Assembly: GCF_032191835.1 (NCBI RefSeq)
Contig: NC_083228.1
Location: forward strand, 88,598,001 to 88,662,000
DNA: 64,000 bases
Origin: Heteronotia binoei
Taxonomy: Eukaryota
Direction: 5' to 3'
The translations under genes were made by a program, and so were the position numbers. The notes beneath the pieces were generated by a model, which worked only from the letters and a program-made list of their open reading frames with translations, was not told the DNA's origin and did not search any database. Shown here piece by piece: positions 1 through 12,455 of the stretch (its first letter is position 1; each line of letters starts with the position of its first letter).

Positions 1-1059
1 GAGCAGTAGGAAAGTCAAGTGTGGACCTCAATCAATTTTCAGCTGTTTTACAATCCCTCCAAATTCATGCAGGCAAATGCAACACAGAAAAAAAAACCCA
101 GCTTAAAGATTTAGATCCAAGCAAGACATTCAGTTCTTCTGATCAACCAGATGGCAATAAGCACTTTCTATTTATAAAGAATAATACCTGCTAAGAAATA
201 AAATTGTATACTATATCATGGCAGTTAAATATGCTAGAAAGAGACTTCAAACCCATACTTGGTTTTAAAGCATAGATAATATCATGAAACTACCATAGAA
301 TTTCACTTAAGATTCTAAAATGGGAACTCTTCCTACCACAGTAAAGTTAAGCATATTATTTGTGCTAAATTATAAACCTGGGGGGGAAAGGAACATTACC
401 AATAGCTCCAGGATGTCAGCAGAAAATTGCCCATTCAGTTATTCTATCTGCTCGCCTTCTCAATAGTCTTGAGGAAAGATACAACATTTTCAAGGGCAGC
501 CAGCAAACTGGAAGTCTGAGGGGGGGTAAAAAAACCCTTGTCTTCTCACCGTTCAGGATCTAGACAGTACTTTCCGATTATAAGAGAACAGCAACAGGTC
601 TGGCAACCTCAGTGATGGACTCAGAATGTGGTGATAAATCTCCAAATCTGAGTGACTGGGATGGGGCAGGGGGTGGGGGAAATCCCCATTTTACAATACT
701 ATCTTTGCTATATCATATAATTATAAGGAAAAGTGAAAGAATGGGACATAGATCAGTACCCACACCAGCATTTTCCTTCCTATGGTACCCCAACTAATAC
801 AACAATTGGTAATAGCAACAACTGGCCTCAGATGACCCTGGGCCACTCACAAACAGCTTAACTTACCTCCCTGAGTTCTTTGGAAAAAACAAGCCATCAA
901 TGAAATAAATAAATAAAATACTAAGACACAGAGTTATCAGTGATGAGAGCATCTTTTTCTTTATAATAACAAAAAACAGACTCCCCCAAAACCTCGCTAC
1001 CACTGAGGTCCCTTTCAAAGATTGTGAGGCTTTCTTGTTCCGCTTGTGAACAGCAGAAA

Positions 1060-1790
1060 GTTCCGTTACCCGAGCAAGTCTGCGATGAGGAAACAACCGT
1101 CCATTTGAGAGAATGGAAACAACCGTCCATTTGAGGACCTGGAGACGCAACCGCGCCCTGTGCGTGCCCAAGCCTTGAGCAGAGAGAACGGCGGCGGCGG
1201 CCAGGGGGCTGCGTTTGCCTCCCAGGTGCGGAGCTCCACGCCCAAGCCCCGTGTCCTCAGGCACCTGCCCGCAACGCCGCCAGCAAGAGCATCTAGCCCT
1301 TCTCTTCCTTTTCCTCCAGCAGCCGCGCAGTCTCCTTCCAAGACCTCCCCGACGATTCGACTCTGAAGAGCCCGACCTCTGGGCCCGGGCAGCTCAGTCT
1401 CTCCCTCTCCACCTCCCCTCAGCGCCTTTCAGCTCCAACCTACCTCCCAAGAGAAGCTCTCGAAGCCAGCCACGCTCACCAAACACCGGCCCAACTTCTC
1501 GCCACTGGCCGACCACCACTGTAGAATAGGGCGCGGCCTCCTACAATGGCGGGGAGGAGGACCCACCGGGCGGCCCGAGGATTAAGCGGAACCGCCGCGC
1601 GTGGCCACAGCCCGGGAAAGGAAGAGGTGGAGTCGGGCAGGCGGTTCCTGGTGTAGATAGCGGCGCCAAAGGAGAGGGGGCGGAGGAGGCAGGCAGGCAC
1701 GAAGACTACAGGTCCCATCATGCGTTTTTTGTGCGGCGGCGCAATACTGCTCCGGTAAGGTATTTCGACGACAGGTCCCCCCTCCCCCCA
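1060..1790 (-). promoter_or_regulatory. CpG island; probable promoter and non-coding first exon of PAK2 (identity inferred from synteny only)
   Basis: GC- and CpG-rich block in AT-rich DNA, with a GC box (GGGGCGGAG ~1677) and YY1-like AATGGCG (~1545). Minus-strand donor-like sites CGG|GTAACG (1070/1069) and GAG|GTAAGT (867/866). In human, PAK2 follows PIGX on the same strand and has a non-coding first exon. No PAK2 coding sequence is in the window. Confidence 0.55.
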
Positions 1791-3571
1791 AGAAAGCTAA
1801 AATTAAAAAAACAAAAAGTGGAACCTTCGCTGTGAGTACTTTGGCATTCTATCAACCTCCCTACCACCGCTTCAGTGAGAAAACTGGTAGATGAATCATT
1901 TTGTGATTACTACTTAGCCATTTCCTACTGCTCATCTCTTTTTTACAGCCGACTCATTTTTGGAACTACTCAGCCATTAATGTAGCAACAGTGTTAACAC
2001 TTTTATTGTTACACTGGCGAGAAACAAGAAAAACCCTTCAAGCAAAGACTTCAACAAACATTATGGTTCGCTGAAAACGGTATGATTTTATATGTTGAAA
2101 GCGCAGTCTCGTGTTGACTAATTCTTTGTAGCTCTCGTGGAACTTTACTGAGCTAGTCAAGGAGTAAAAGAATAAAGCCTGAAGCAAATGACTCGTTCCA
2201 TATTAGGTGTGTTTCGCTCCGCAGAAGATTGTATTCACTGACCTCTGCAAGCCAAATACAGTTGTCGGTGAATCACCATCCATGAGTCACACCCCCCTCC
2301 ACCCCATCTAGGGAAAGCAGTACACACACCCTTCTCCAGCGATGACCAGGGGTCATACAGCATGCAAACATTTCAAACAGCCCTCATAGATACAGTGACA
2401 TAGGAAAAATATTTGAGGGAGGAGAACACAAAATTCACATGAGACAAACTTTATTTTGCATGCCCAGCTACAAAGCAAAACAATTTATTTGCTCATTCTG
2501 TAGCAGCCATTCCCAACTCCAGACACCACTTAGTACTTCCAGTTAAGCTACACCAGCCTAGGAATTGGGTAGTTTATTTAGCACATGCTTTCTTTTATCC
2601 TATCCATAGCACCCTCTCTGTCTAATCTGTTTTCTCAGTCCCTCATTTTATACAAGAGTTAAAGAAAACACATCCATTCCTACCAGTACTTATAAAACCA
2701 CTACTCATTCAACAATGTGTACAGTATGTTAGACAGTACAAGCCTCTGAGAGATTTCTGACTCTGAAATAGTTTGTGTGCAGTATAATATAACAAAGAAG
2801 TCTGAGCCTCAGATAGCTTTATCTCACATTCCAAAAATGCTATTTTTCTGCCTCAGTCATAACAAACCCAGCTGGGAAGTAAAAGTTGTCATCCAGTGAA
2901 CTGCAAATTAATTGTCAAGCAAGAATTGTTGCCTCTGTACTTGCAGGTGCTAGCAGACTCAATCACCCTCCAGCAACTGTTTATGACCACTCTATTATTC
3001 TGATAATGATTTATTGAGGAGGGTGTTGTATAAGAGCTGAACTGGGAGCAGCTGTATACATTGTCCTTGACAGCTGGAATTCTTGTACTTCACTCCCAAA
3101 CTATTTACATGCCCTGAAGCTCCGACCTCTCATTTCACCTCAAGTTCCTTACAACAGCTGCTTTTCCTTTAAAAAAAAATACTATCCCTCCTATATCTGT
3201 CTGTAAACTCCCTGAAACTACTTGACAAAACCAGATATACCATCACTTGCAATGTCTTTAATTTCAGTACACAGTTTCAAGGACTGAAGCAGAGCAGCTC
3301 TATCTAGTCACTGTCTGTCAACTTGGCCTACATCACTAGGTTGTTGTGAACATAAAATGGAGGTGGAAAAACATGCACACTGTCTTGAGGTGCTTGGAAA
3401 AAAGGCAAAATAAAAATGTTATTGATAAATAACTCTATATTTCAGGGACAGAACACAGAGGCATTGCTCTGGCTTAACAAGTAATTATGATATGCTGTTA
3501 CATGCACCTGTGAGGTCCTCAGGCACTCCCTCTTTCCCTCCCTGCAGTAAGATAGTTTTCTTTTTCATCAA

Positions 3572-3760
3572 GTTTCAGCTGACTTATGGTAAACCTGTAG
3601 GGTTTTCAAGGCAAGAGATGTTCAGAGATGGTTTGCCATTGCCTGCCTCTGCATAGCAACACTGGTGTTTCTTTGTAGGCTCTAATCAATCAGGGTTGAC
3701 CCTGCTTAGCTTCTAAGACCTGGTGAGATTGGGCTAAACTGGGCTATGTAGGTCAGGGCA
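3572..3760 (-). mobile_element. 5S rRNA-derived SINE (5S-Sauria-like)
   Basis: Reverse complement resembles the 5S internal region (GAAGCTAAGCAGGGTC...) followed by the GGCAATGGCAAACC body shared with other copies in the window. Confidence 0.65.
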
Positions 3761-4546
3761 AGACAGTTATAGCTTGTAGCAAACAATATTTTTACATCTA
3801 AACATTTGTTTGGAATCATTACTATAACAAGTTGCAACTCACATCAGTACCCAGGTTAAAGAAGTTGAGTGAATTTCTTATACTGCTTAATCAGGGTTGC
3901 CAGCTCCCAGCGGGGGATCCCCCAGGTTTGGGAGCTCCTCTCTGCTGTGGATCAACTGGCCAGCAGGGAAAACCCCTCCCCTAAACAAGGACGTTGCACA
4001 GTGATGTTCTGGAATCTCGCTGTGTCTCTCCTCTTTCCTATCAGGTATGTTAATTCCTAAATAAACCTTTATATCTCCTCAGGTTGTACACCATGGCTGT
4101 GTTAATGACTCTGCCAACACAGATCACACCACATATTTTGCCAGCACAGAAGTTATTTTTGTGTAGGAAAATATGGGCTGGATCCAGATGAAATTGGCAG
4201 TTTCCTTGTTCCTGCTGCTACAGATACCCTCCTGTTATTCTTTAGGATCTGAAACTTTAAGCTAAATTGTTTTATCAGTGGGTTACAAAGATAGGAGAAA
4301 GCAATAAAGTTCCACGCCGCTATTGGAAAAATTAGTCTAGATCCAACCTTGTATGCTATTTTTTCCTGCAAATTCAAAGACCCAACAGAGATACGTACTT
4401 AAATGGTCACAGTGAGGAAACAGTCATGCTGCACTTTTGTCAATACAATAAATTACCAATTATATTTTCAAGTTACCACTGTGTAAGATATCATCTGAAG
4501 ATGTTCTATGAAAAATTAGTAGTCTAAAATGATCTCCAGTAGGAGA

Positions 4547-4758
4547 GGGAGGGACAGTGGCTCAGTGGCAGAGCATCTGCTTGGTAAGCAGAAGGTCACA
4601 GGTTCAATCCCCAGCATCTCCAACTAAAAAGGGTCCAGGCAAATAAGTGTGAAAAACCTCAGCTTGAGACCCTGGAGAGCCGCTGCCAGTCTGAGTAGAC
4701 AATACTGACTTTGATGGACCAAGGGTCTGATTCAGTATAAGGCAGCTTCATATGTTCA
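4547..4758 (+). mobile_element. tRNA-derived SINE (Squam2-like) with CATATGTT tail
   Basis: A box GGTGGCTCAGTGG-like, B box GGTTCAATCCC, tail CTTCATATGTTCA; TAGGAG duplicated on both flanks (4540-4545, 4759-4764); near-identical copies at 9638, 27066 and 32381. Confidence 0.85.
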
Positions 4759-5859
4759 TAGGAGCAATAATGCAAACAAATTCTGATGCATGTTATTAGT
4801 GATATGTAAAGTTCAAAATGTTGCAGATTATTCAGAAAATAATTTTTATACTACATTAATAAAATCTATTACTATCCTTGTCTTGTTTTCGCTTTCCCTC
4901 CAATTCTGTTTATCACGTGAAATGGTACCACTTACATTTCATCACCCATCTCATCTACTTAATTATTTGGGGCTCACAGTTCAAAATTAATCTATAAAAG
5001 TGGGGGGGCTGCAAGACTTGCAGGGTAGGAGTTGACCTGCCCCCGCATACTTTCTCCTAGCCTAGCGCAGCCCTGGGCTCTCCAGCAGCTGCCACCAGGT
5101 CCAGCATGGAGGCTTGGGCTGTTTAGCAGCTGCCCCAGACCCAGCTTGACCCCCGGGCCACAGGACCCAGCACAGTATTCTGGGCTGCAGGACTGCTGTT
5201 ACCTGGCTTGGTGTGGCCCCAGAGCTCCCCCTGGGCTGTACCACCACTGCCACGTCTAGCTGCTGGGCTGCACCACCAATGGCAGCATGCCCAGAATGGC
5301 TCCCCAAATTCAGCAGCAGCATACCCAGTTTAGCTTATAGGCTGCCCAGGCAGTGACATGGTCAGCATGGCTCCTGGGCTGCGTGGCCACCATCAGTCCC
5401 AACACAGAGCCTCAGGCTACATAGCCACCTTTAAATGTTCATATTTTTCTGCAAACCTGTGGAGTACCCCAAGATTGTTGAAAAATCTGTTTAACCACTA
5501 CATGGCTCCAATCCATAGATTTGGCTATCCACAGTTGGGGGGCACAGGAGGCTAATAGTATATAGATACCTTTTACTGCATTTCCCCCCAAAAAAATATC
5601 TAAATGGTCACCAGCTGAAATGGAAGAAGTTTTCGTATTATTAAAAGACTGGATACCCTTGGAACAAAACAGAGCCAAAAACAAGGAAAACAGAAGCTTA
5701 CAACTGACCAGTCATCACATGGAACAGCTGCACATAGAAGCATAATGAACAACAAAAATAATCCCTCTGCATTTCTTTTAAGAGCTCCTGCTCCCCAAAC
5801 AGATGCAGAGCAGTCGTTACAGTGATACTAGTTACTAAAGCATTGTCTCAGCTGTAATC

Positions 5860-6056
5860 ATGTGGCACTTTGTTCAAGGAGCAGTGATGCTCTGTATTCT
5901 TGGTGCTTGGGGGGCAAAAGTGGGAGGGCTTCTAGTGTCCTGGCCTCACTGCTGGACCTCCTGATGGCACCTGTTTTTTTGGCCACTATGTGACACAGAG
6001 TGTTGGACTGGATGGGCCATTGGCATGATCCAACATGGCTTCTCTTATGTTCTTAA
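5860..6056 (+). mobile_element. CR1 LINE 3' UTR fragment
   Basis: Ends GTGACACAGAGTGTTGGACTGGATGGGCC...CATGGCTTCTCTTATGTTCTTA, matching the 3' end of the CR1 at 20331-20443. Confidence 0.8.
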
Positions 6057-7019
6057 GACAAGTGTCTCATCCACCAGGAGAGAAGGAAGCCACAAAACAT
6101 GATCTTGAAACGAACTTTTGATGAAAATCCAGACAGAATACTAAAAGAGACAAGGAGAGCAGTACAGCTAAGATATAACCTCTCTGGATGAACTTATACT
6201 ATACTGATGTAATATAGTATAAAAATGTCTACTTTTATTCTATTGATATTTTATACCCTCCCTTTACTAATATGGGAGATGGGCACATCATGAACCTTGT
6301 TTAACATACTAACAGCCACTTAATGCCCCCTAGTGACTTGTGAAGCTTGCTGAGCATAGAAAAATTAGTAATCTTTGGCACTGCTCACTTTTTCCATTAA
6401 TGAAACAATTTCCTTTCTGTAATTCCTTGTATTTTCAAAAATAATGATTTTCCAAGTGTTCTCTCAGTACATGGAATAATTCCATCAACTTTATCATCCT
6501 CTGGAATTCAAAATACAACTATGGTTTACATGAACATTTAAAATTTCCTTCTGAAGTGTTACTTTCCTTAGAATTCAGTTTTGTCGACATGATTGATCTC
6601 TATTATTAGACTTTCGTAAAATAAACTTCAGATAATTTTCCTGATGCTCAAATTCTCCCATTCTGCATGATGCCAAACTGCTTATAAAGCAAAAATAAAT
6701 GGGAGTCTTATGAGATTATACTCAAAACATTTTTCCCCCAGTTTAAAGCTTTTTATTTATTTTAATAGATTTATAACTTATCTCTCCTGGTAGCAAAGCA
6801 GCAAGAGTTTTCATGGACTGAGGTCCATAAATTCTCACTTTGCATAAATTTTATGTAGGAGGTACCTGGTTTGAAAAAGACAACCACATAGTTGTTGAAG
6901 AGGAAATGTAGGAAGTACAGAGTGAAATGTGATAACGGTAATAAAAGTGAAATATAATAATGTAATATTCAAATGTTAATAATGTAAAATTCAAGTTGCA
7001 CCCAAAGAGTGCTTGTGAA

Positions 7020-8105
7020 TGGTTTCTTATCCTCTTGGAGAGGAATGACAAGTGGAGTGCCTCAAGGATCTGTCCTGGAACCTATTTTGTTCAACATCTT
7101 TATCAATGATTTGGATGAAGGAATAGAGGGAATGCTTATTTGCAGATTATATTAAATTGGGAGGGGTCGCAAATACAGTAGAAGAGACAGGATACAGGAT
7201 GATCTTGACAGGCTGGAAAACTGGGCTAAAACAAAAATGAATTTTAATGGGGATAAATGTAAAGTTCTGCATTCAGGTAGGAAAATGATGGTATCACTTT
7301 GCTCTGTTTACACCTCACCTAGAGTATTGTGTTCAGTTTTGAGCAGCGCAGTTTAAGAAGGATATAGACAAGCTGGAACATATCCAGAGGGGGCAACAAA
7401 GATGGTGAGGGGTCTGAAGACCCAGTCCTATGAGGAAAGATTGAAGGAACTAGGTACGTTTAGCCTGGAGAAGAGACAATTGAGAGGTGATAGGATCACC
7501 ATCTAAAAGTACTTGAAGGGTTGTGTTATAGAGGATGGTGCAGAATTGTTTTATATTGCTCCAGAAAGTCAGACTAGAACCAGTGGGTTAAAATTACATC
7601 AAGAATTTCTGGCTAAACACTAGGAAGAACTTCCTGACAGTAGTTCCTCAGTGGAACAGGCTTCCTCAGGAGGTGGTGAGCTCTCCTTCCTCGGATGTTT
7701 TTAAACAGAGGCTAGATGGCCATCTAACAGCAATGCTGGTTCTGTGAATTGGGCAGATCGTGGGAGGGGGAGGGGTAGTGTTGGTGCTTGGTTCTTGTGG
7801 CCCCTTTTTGCACAGTGACAGCAATGCTGGTTCTGTGAATTGGCAGATCGTGTGAGGGGAAGGGGTAGTGTTGGTGCTTGGTTCTTGTGGCCCCTTCTTG
7901 CACCGTGACAGGAAGGTACTGGTTGACACTTTGGAGTCAATCAGAATTTTTTCTCCAGGCCAGATCATGGAGAGTTTTGCCCATCTTCTGGGCATGGAGC
8001 AAGGGTCACTGGGGATGTGAGAGGGGAGGTATTTGTGAATTTCCTGCATTGTGCAAGGGGTTGGACTAGATGACCCTGGAGTTCCTTTCCAACTCTATGA
8101 TTCTA
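7020..8105 (+). mobile_element. Degenerate 5'-truncated CR1 LINE with an internal ~91-bp tandem duplication
   Basis: RT-like remnant (AGTGGAGTGCCTCAAGGATCTGTCCTGG = SGVPQGSVL) and CR1-type tail TTCCAACTCTATGATTCTA; units 7727-7817 and 7818-7908 are near-identical. Confidence 0.8.
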
Positions 8106-8194
8106 AGTCTAATCAGGAAAAATACAGAGACCATTGACTAAATATGCTAAACAAATTAATACCTGTAATACCATCTAAGTCTTTAGCAGAAAAA

Positions 8195-8290
8195 TAAAGT
8201 AGAAGTCCAGTGATACCTACGAAATTAACAGAATTTATTCCAGCATAAGCATTCATGAGTCAGAGCTCAATTTATCAGATGGTTCAAGCC
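8195..8290. mobile_element. Penelope-like terminal remnant
   Basis: AAGTCCAGTGATACCT...AATTTATTCCAGCATAAGCATTCATGAGTCAGAGCTC resembles the hairpin element at 18627-18760; family name from memory of reptile Penelope ends. Confidence 0.45.
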
Positions 8291-8559
8291 AGGGGACAGA
8301 ATCAAAGTACAGAAGAGTTTTATAGTTGTGTGATAATGAGATCAAGCTACTTAAAAAGCTTGCATAAAATTCTAGAAAAACAACTCGTTCAAACCAGTAG
8401 AGTCAGGCAAATGTAACACTAACAGTCAATATAAGGCACTGGGCCTGCTCCCAAATAGTGATGCTGTGCCAATAACAAGTATGTTCTTCACTCCCCATAT
8501 CTTGTTTGGTCAGTCCGCTTAGGCAGTTTGACAGTCTTTCCATGATGATTCAATAAAGT

Positions 8560-8565
8560 TTTATT
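8560..8565 (-). terminator. Candidate PIGX polyadenylation signal AATAAA
   Basis: AATAAA on the minus strand 5 nt after the PIGX stop codon. Confidence 0.45.
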
Positions 8566-8570
8566 TCATT

Positions 8571-8729
8571 TTACAATGAGCTCTGAACAAACAAGAAGTC
8601 TCCATGCTTGACTAAAGCTGAAAGAATAAGGCTGGAGCACAATATAGTGGTAACAAGAGTCCCTGTACATACTAAAGTAACGTGATGTTTGAGCCCAACT
8701 GGTATTTGCAATTTCAGTTCCTGGTTTAC
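8571..8729 (-). CDS. PIGX: PIGX last coding exon (exon 6), includes transmembrane helix
   Basis: TTTTAG acceptor, phase 0; translates VNQELKLQIPVGLKHHVTLVCTGTLVTTILCSSLILSALVKHGDFLFVQSSL*, matching the human C-terminus ...LQVPVGL...LVCSVTLLITILCSTLIL. Confidence 0.95.
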   Translation of the reverse strand, partial: VNQELKLQIPVGLKHHVTLVCTGTLVTTILCSSLILSALVKHGDFLFVQSSL

Positions 8730-9368
8730 CTAAAATAAAAATTAAAAGACAAATAAACTCTTTATATTTCATATAATCCATATTTGAATACTTTTTCAAG
8801 TGACTTTTAGCTTAACTACTGTAGTCTATTCGTTTATTTCAGCACTTTCTATTTTAGAAGGTTGCCCGTATCAGCCTCCTTTAATATTCAATTCTTACAG
8901 CACTAAAACAAAATCATGGAAGACAAACATCACCCATAAACTAGCCTGTCCATATGGAAACTTGGACCACAACCCTGTGCTCAAGTAGTCCACAAAAGTC
9001 AACATGAAGCAATCTAACTTGCACAAGGGCATCCTTGGACTTGGATCCTATACTTCTGCCCTGCACACATTTATCTCTGGGTGTTGCAAAGGCTTGTGGC
9101 ACTTGCTACCTCTGTGCTAGGTGCTTTGGGCTCATAGATAAACACTGGAAATTGTTATCATAGAGGTGCTTAATACCAAAGAAAGAAAGCACTCCAGAGG
9201 ACTACCACCACAGTCCCAGATAAAAGTGCACAAAGAGCAAAGTTATACAATCCAAGCCAAAGTTACTTCTGCAGGGTTGGATCCAAACTAGATGTTTCAG
9301 TGACAGAACTTTCCTCCCTCCCGCATCCAACCACGGCCCACCAACCTACAAAAAATGCTGCTCCTGAG

Positions 9369-9607
9369 CAATGTTTCCTCTAAGTTGAGTTAGTATTTAT
9401 TTTATTTTTTTTATCAAATTTATATCCTGCTCTCCCCTGACCGGTTCACAATTTTTAAGTCTCTGGCTCACACATTTTTGTCTTAGCTCAGGAAAAATGG
9501 CCCCAGAGCAAACTAATTTATTCAGTCGCTCACAACTTTAATGCCAGCAACTCACAAAGTAGAATTTTTGCTCACAAGACTCCACAGTTTAGAGGGAGGG
9601 AGTATGG
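9369..9607. mobile_element. Non-autonomous hAT-type DNA transposon
   Basis: Begins CAATGTTTCCTCTAAG and ends with a degenerate TTAGAGGGA...; 8-bp TSD CTCCTGAG at 9361-9368 and 9608-9615. Confidence 0.7.
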
Positions 9608-9637
9608 CTCCTGAGGGATAAGTGACCTTGAGGAATG

Positions 9638-9851
9638 ACATATGAACATATGAAGCTGCCTTATACTGAATCAGACCTGTGGTCCATCAAAGTCAGTATT
9701 GTCTTCTCAGACCGGCAGCGGCTCTCCAGGGTCTCAAGCTGAGGTTTTTCACGCCTACTTGCCTGGACCCTTTTTTGGAGATGCCAGGGATTGAACCTGG
9801 GACCTTCTGCTTCCCAAGCAGATGCTCTGCCACTGAGCCACCGTCCCTCCC
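9638..9851 (-). mobile_element. tRNA-derived SINE (Squam2-like)
   Basis: Reverse complement of the 4547-4758 element. Confidence 0.85.
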
Positions 9852-9996
9852 ACATGGAGAGTAAATGCAGGAGGAAGTGGTGGGAATTGCCAATTTAGTC
9901 TGGATCCAATCTATTGTCAGTGGACTGAAATAAATTAATTTCAGGATTGTCAGGGACATTTACTATATCACTATATTTTAGGAATAATCAACGCAC

Positions 9997-10097
9997 AGCT
10001 TGGAACTTCACGCTGTCCCAGTTGCAGTTATGTTTATTCTTCCGGGAACATGGTTCTTCTATTTTGATTTCTTTCAAACATTCCGCTGATAGAAAGG
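9997..10097 (-). CDS. PIGX: PIGX exon 5
   Basis: CCTAG acceptor, GTGCGT donor, 101 nt, phase 1 to 0; (A)FLSAECLKEIKIEEPCSRKNKHNCNWDSVKFQA keeps the C..PC....C.W pattern of human PIGX. Confidence 0.92.
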
Positions 10098-10329
10098 CTA
10101 GGAGAAAGAAAGAAACCACAAAAATAAACCTAATACTGTGGGAAATCATTTAACTTCAACTTTTAAGTACTTTTCCTGAATTCAGAATGCCTGCTTAGGT
10201 CTCTCCCTCACAGTCCTACTGAAATAAAACCCCACCTTCAAGATTTATGATTCCATAGTGCCTTTTTCATTTCCCTTCCTCTTGTTTCCCCTTTCTTATT
10301 CCCAAAAGCAGAAGGTCAGTGTTTCTTAC

Positions 10330-10543
10330 CTTTCTGGCAATGGACCAATATTTCTGGACTCTTCAATATGGCAGAGACTTCTCCATCAACCTCTGCTGGC
10401 TGGTGATACCGGCAGTGCAGAGGCAATATCCCTCTAAAACAGTAACGGCATTCAGGATCAGGTTTCATGTAAAGGAGAACAGCAATTTCAGTAGCTAAAT
10501 ACTCAGGAGCTTCCAAATCTACATAATCACCAAACAGCAATGC
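10330..10543 (-). CDS. PIGX: PIGX exon 4
   Basis: CAG acceptor, GTAAGA donor, 214 nt; ALLFGDYVDLEAPEYLATE...LPLHCRYHQP...SPEILVHCQK, the PIG-X motifs D(I/L)EAP and LP.H.RYH.P. Confidence 0.96.
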
Positions 10544-10839
10544 CTGCACCAAAAAATAAAAAGAAGCATAATTAAAAGCACAATTGTGTTGTTGAGGTTA
10601 ATACCAACTTTTACTTGGCTCACTGAAAAGCCCCAAGGCTGATTCCACTGCCATATTCTGGTACTTAACAATGTAAGTAAAGATTCAGCTGAAAACTGAC
10701 AAAGGGATCAAATATTTGATATGGAGCTCTGGCTATCCAGTATAGGAAAACAATCTCTCTAATTGGGTACAGTTTGGACAATTTAGTCTCCCTCCCCAAG
10801 AGAACTTTATTTGCTTTGATTAAACAAAGATGTGTAGAT

Positions 10840-11350
10840 ACTGAGATGCAAGATCAGAAGTCTTGCCTCTGGCAGATGTTCCCCTTTGAGGTGGGGGATC
10901 TCCTCTAGTGGCACCCTGGCAGAGTATCTTTCTTGCTTGACTTCCCCTAACCTTCATACAGCCTTCATGTTAACTTGTTTTAATGTCTTCCTTCTGCTGT
11001 GTTTATTGGAGGTTTAAGAAAATTCCATACTCCAACAGGTTTTGTGTTTGTGGTTCAAGGGATATAGAAAGTACTGAACATGTTCTCCTGCACTGTACAT
11101 TTTACTGTGATATTTGTGTCATTTACTTAGATCCTCTTCTTCAAAATCATGAAGGACAATCTGATGGTTGTACGACTCTCTTCCTATTATCCACTCAAAA
11201 CCCTGAGATCATTTGAGACTGTGGCTAAATTTCTGTGCTGTGCTTCTAAGAGGAGAAGAATGTTTCAAATGCTGGTGTAATGGATCTTTTCCTGCTTGCT
11301 GATTGCGCATGTTTATGTTGTTATGCCAATAAAGGTTGTTATTGTTGTTG
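10840..11350 (+). mobile_element. Old LINE 3' fragment with CCHC zinc-knuckle remnant (RTE-X-like, clade uncertain)
   Basis: RFCVCGSRDIESTEHVLLHCTFY translation followed by GCCAATAAAGG and a (TTG)n-like tail; related to 47570-47960. Confidence 0.6.
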
Positions 11351-11724
11351 ATATGCAGATCTTTCAGAATGCTAAAGCAGTCACTATTTTAATGAACTCA
11401 GGTAAATATTTGTGGATTTTCTCTAAACTGGGAGCACAGTCCTCTAATTTGAAGAAACTGTTTATATTTTAATAAAAATTGGTACTGGAGAGGTTCAGTT
11501 CCATGAAACAGAAATGCATGATTCTATTAAAGTTATTTCAGCCTCAAAAACCTAAAAATTTATAGTGTCTTAATCAAAAAGATCAAATACATTAACTTCT
11601 ACTCTATTAAATTCAGTTTAGGATACTTAGAGACTTGGGGGGGTATGGCACATTATCTACCTGCTTCCAACAAGATCTAAGTGCTAGTATGCACTGGAAC
11701 TGTGTGTACATTCACTGGAAGCCA

Positions 11725-12455
11725 TGTCAAGCATGGTGAAATTCCATTGATAATTGATTGTTATAGGATCCTGCCTAATCCTGGTCTGTGAAGTATCATG
11801 GAGGATCCAGCCTGGAGAGCCAATTTGGTGTAGTGGTTAAGTGTGCGGACTCTTATCTGGGAGAACCGGGTTTGATTCCCCACTCCTCCACTTGCACCTG
11901 CTGGAATAGCCTTGGGTCAGCCATAGCTCTGGCAGAAGTTGTCCTTGAAAGGGCAGCTGCTGTGAGAGCTCTCTCCAGCCCCACCCACCTCACAGGGTGT
12001 TTGTTGTGGGGGAGGAAGGTAAAGGAGATTGTGAGCCGCTCTGAGACTCTTCGGAGTGGAGGGCAGGATATAAATCCAATATCATCTTCTATCTTCTTCT
12101 TGCTAGTTTTGTTATTCTTTCCCTCCCCCCTTCTTGCTTTATTGCCTAAATACTAGAAGTAGTGAGAAACGAAATTAACTTGAGAAGCAGTAATCAGCAC
12201 TTTCCCATACATTCCCGTTAGGGAGTGTGAGACATCTGGGGAAAGCAAGGACAGAGTCTTGATAACACTGTGAGAATGTAGACATTTATGATAGTTTATG
12301 TGTGAGAGCTACCCCGCACCCCCATCCCTTGGAATCCTTTTGAAGTAAGCCTTAAAAGTACTGTATCAATGTATATGCAGCATTACTCTCAGTCTATCAA
12401 TAAACGTAGTCTTTGTATCAACTTCCGACTCGTCATTGAACCCGCATGCTTAACA
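11725..12455 (+). repeat. 5' LTR (interrupted by a SINE, carries a 25-bp deletion)
   Basis: Aligns with 14092-14557 apart from the SINE at 11814-12099 and a 25-bp gap; 4 substitutions in the first ~86 nt. Confidence 0.93.
11814..12099 (+). mobile_element. MIR/Ther1-related SINE (Squam3-like) nested in the 5' LTR
   Basis: GAGAGCCAATTTGGTGTAGTGGTTAAG head, B box GGTTTGATTCCC, TAAATCCAATATC(ATC/TTC)n tail; absent from the 3' LTR, where CCAGCC is joined directly to TTGCTAG. Confidence 0.88.

Noticed and set aside
863-1791. Several overlapping 70-130-aa ORFs in the CpG island
   Set aside because: Low-complexity Pro/Arg/Gly translations expected from GC-rich DNA; no recognisable protein family.
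4547-4625. tRNA gene (also 9770-9851, 27200-27280, 32530-32607)
   Set aside because: A and B boxes are present, but each continues into the same SINE body and tail.
4993-5555. GC-rich island with short ORFs on both strands
   Set aside because: CpG-poor and repeat-like; no termini, TSD or protein motif that I could support.
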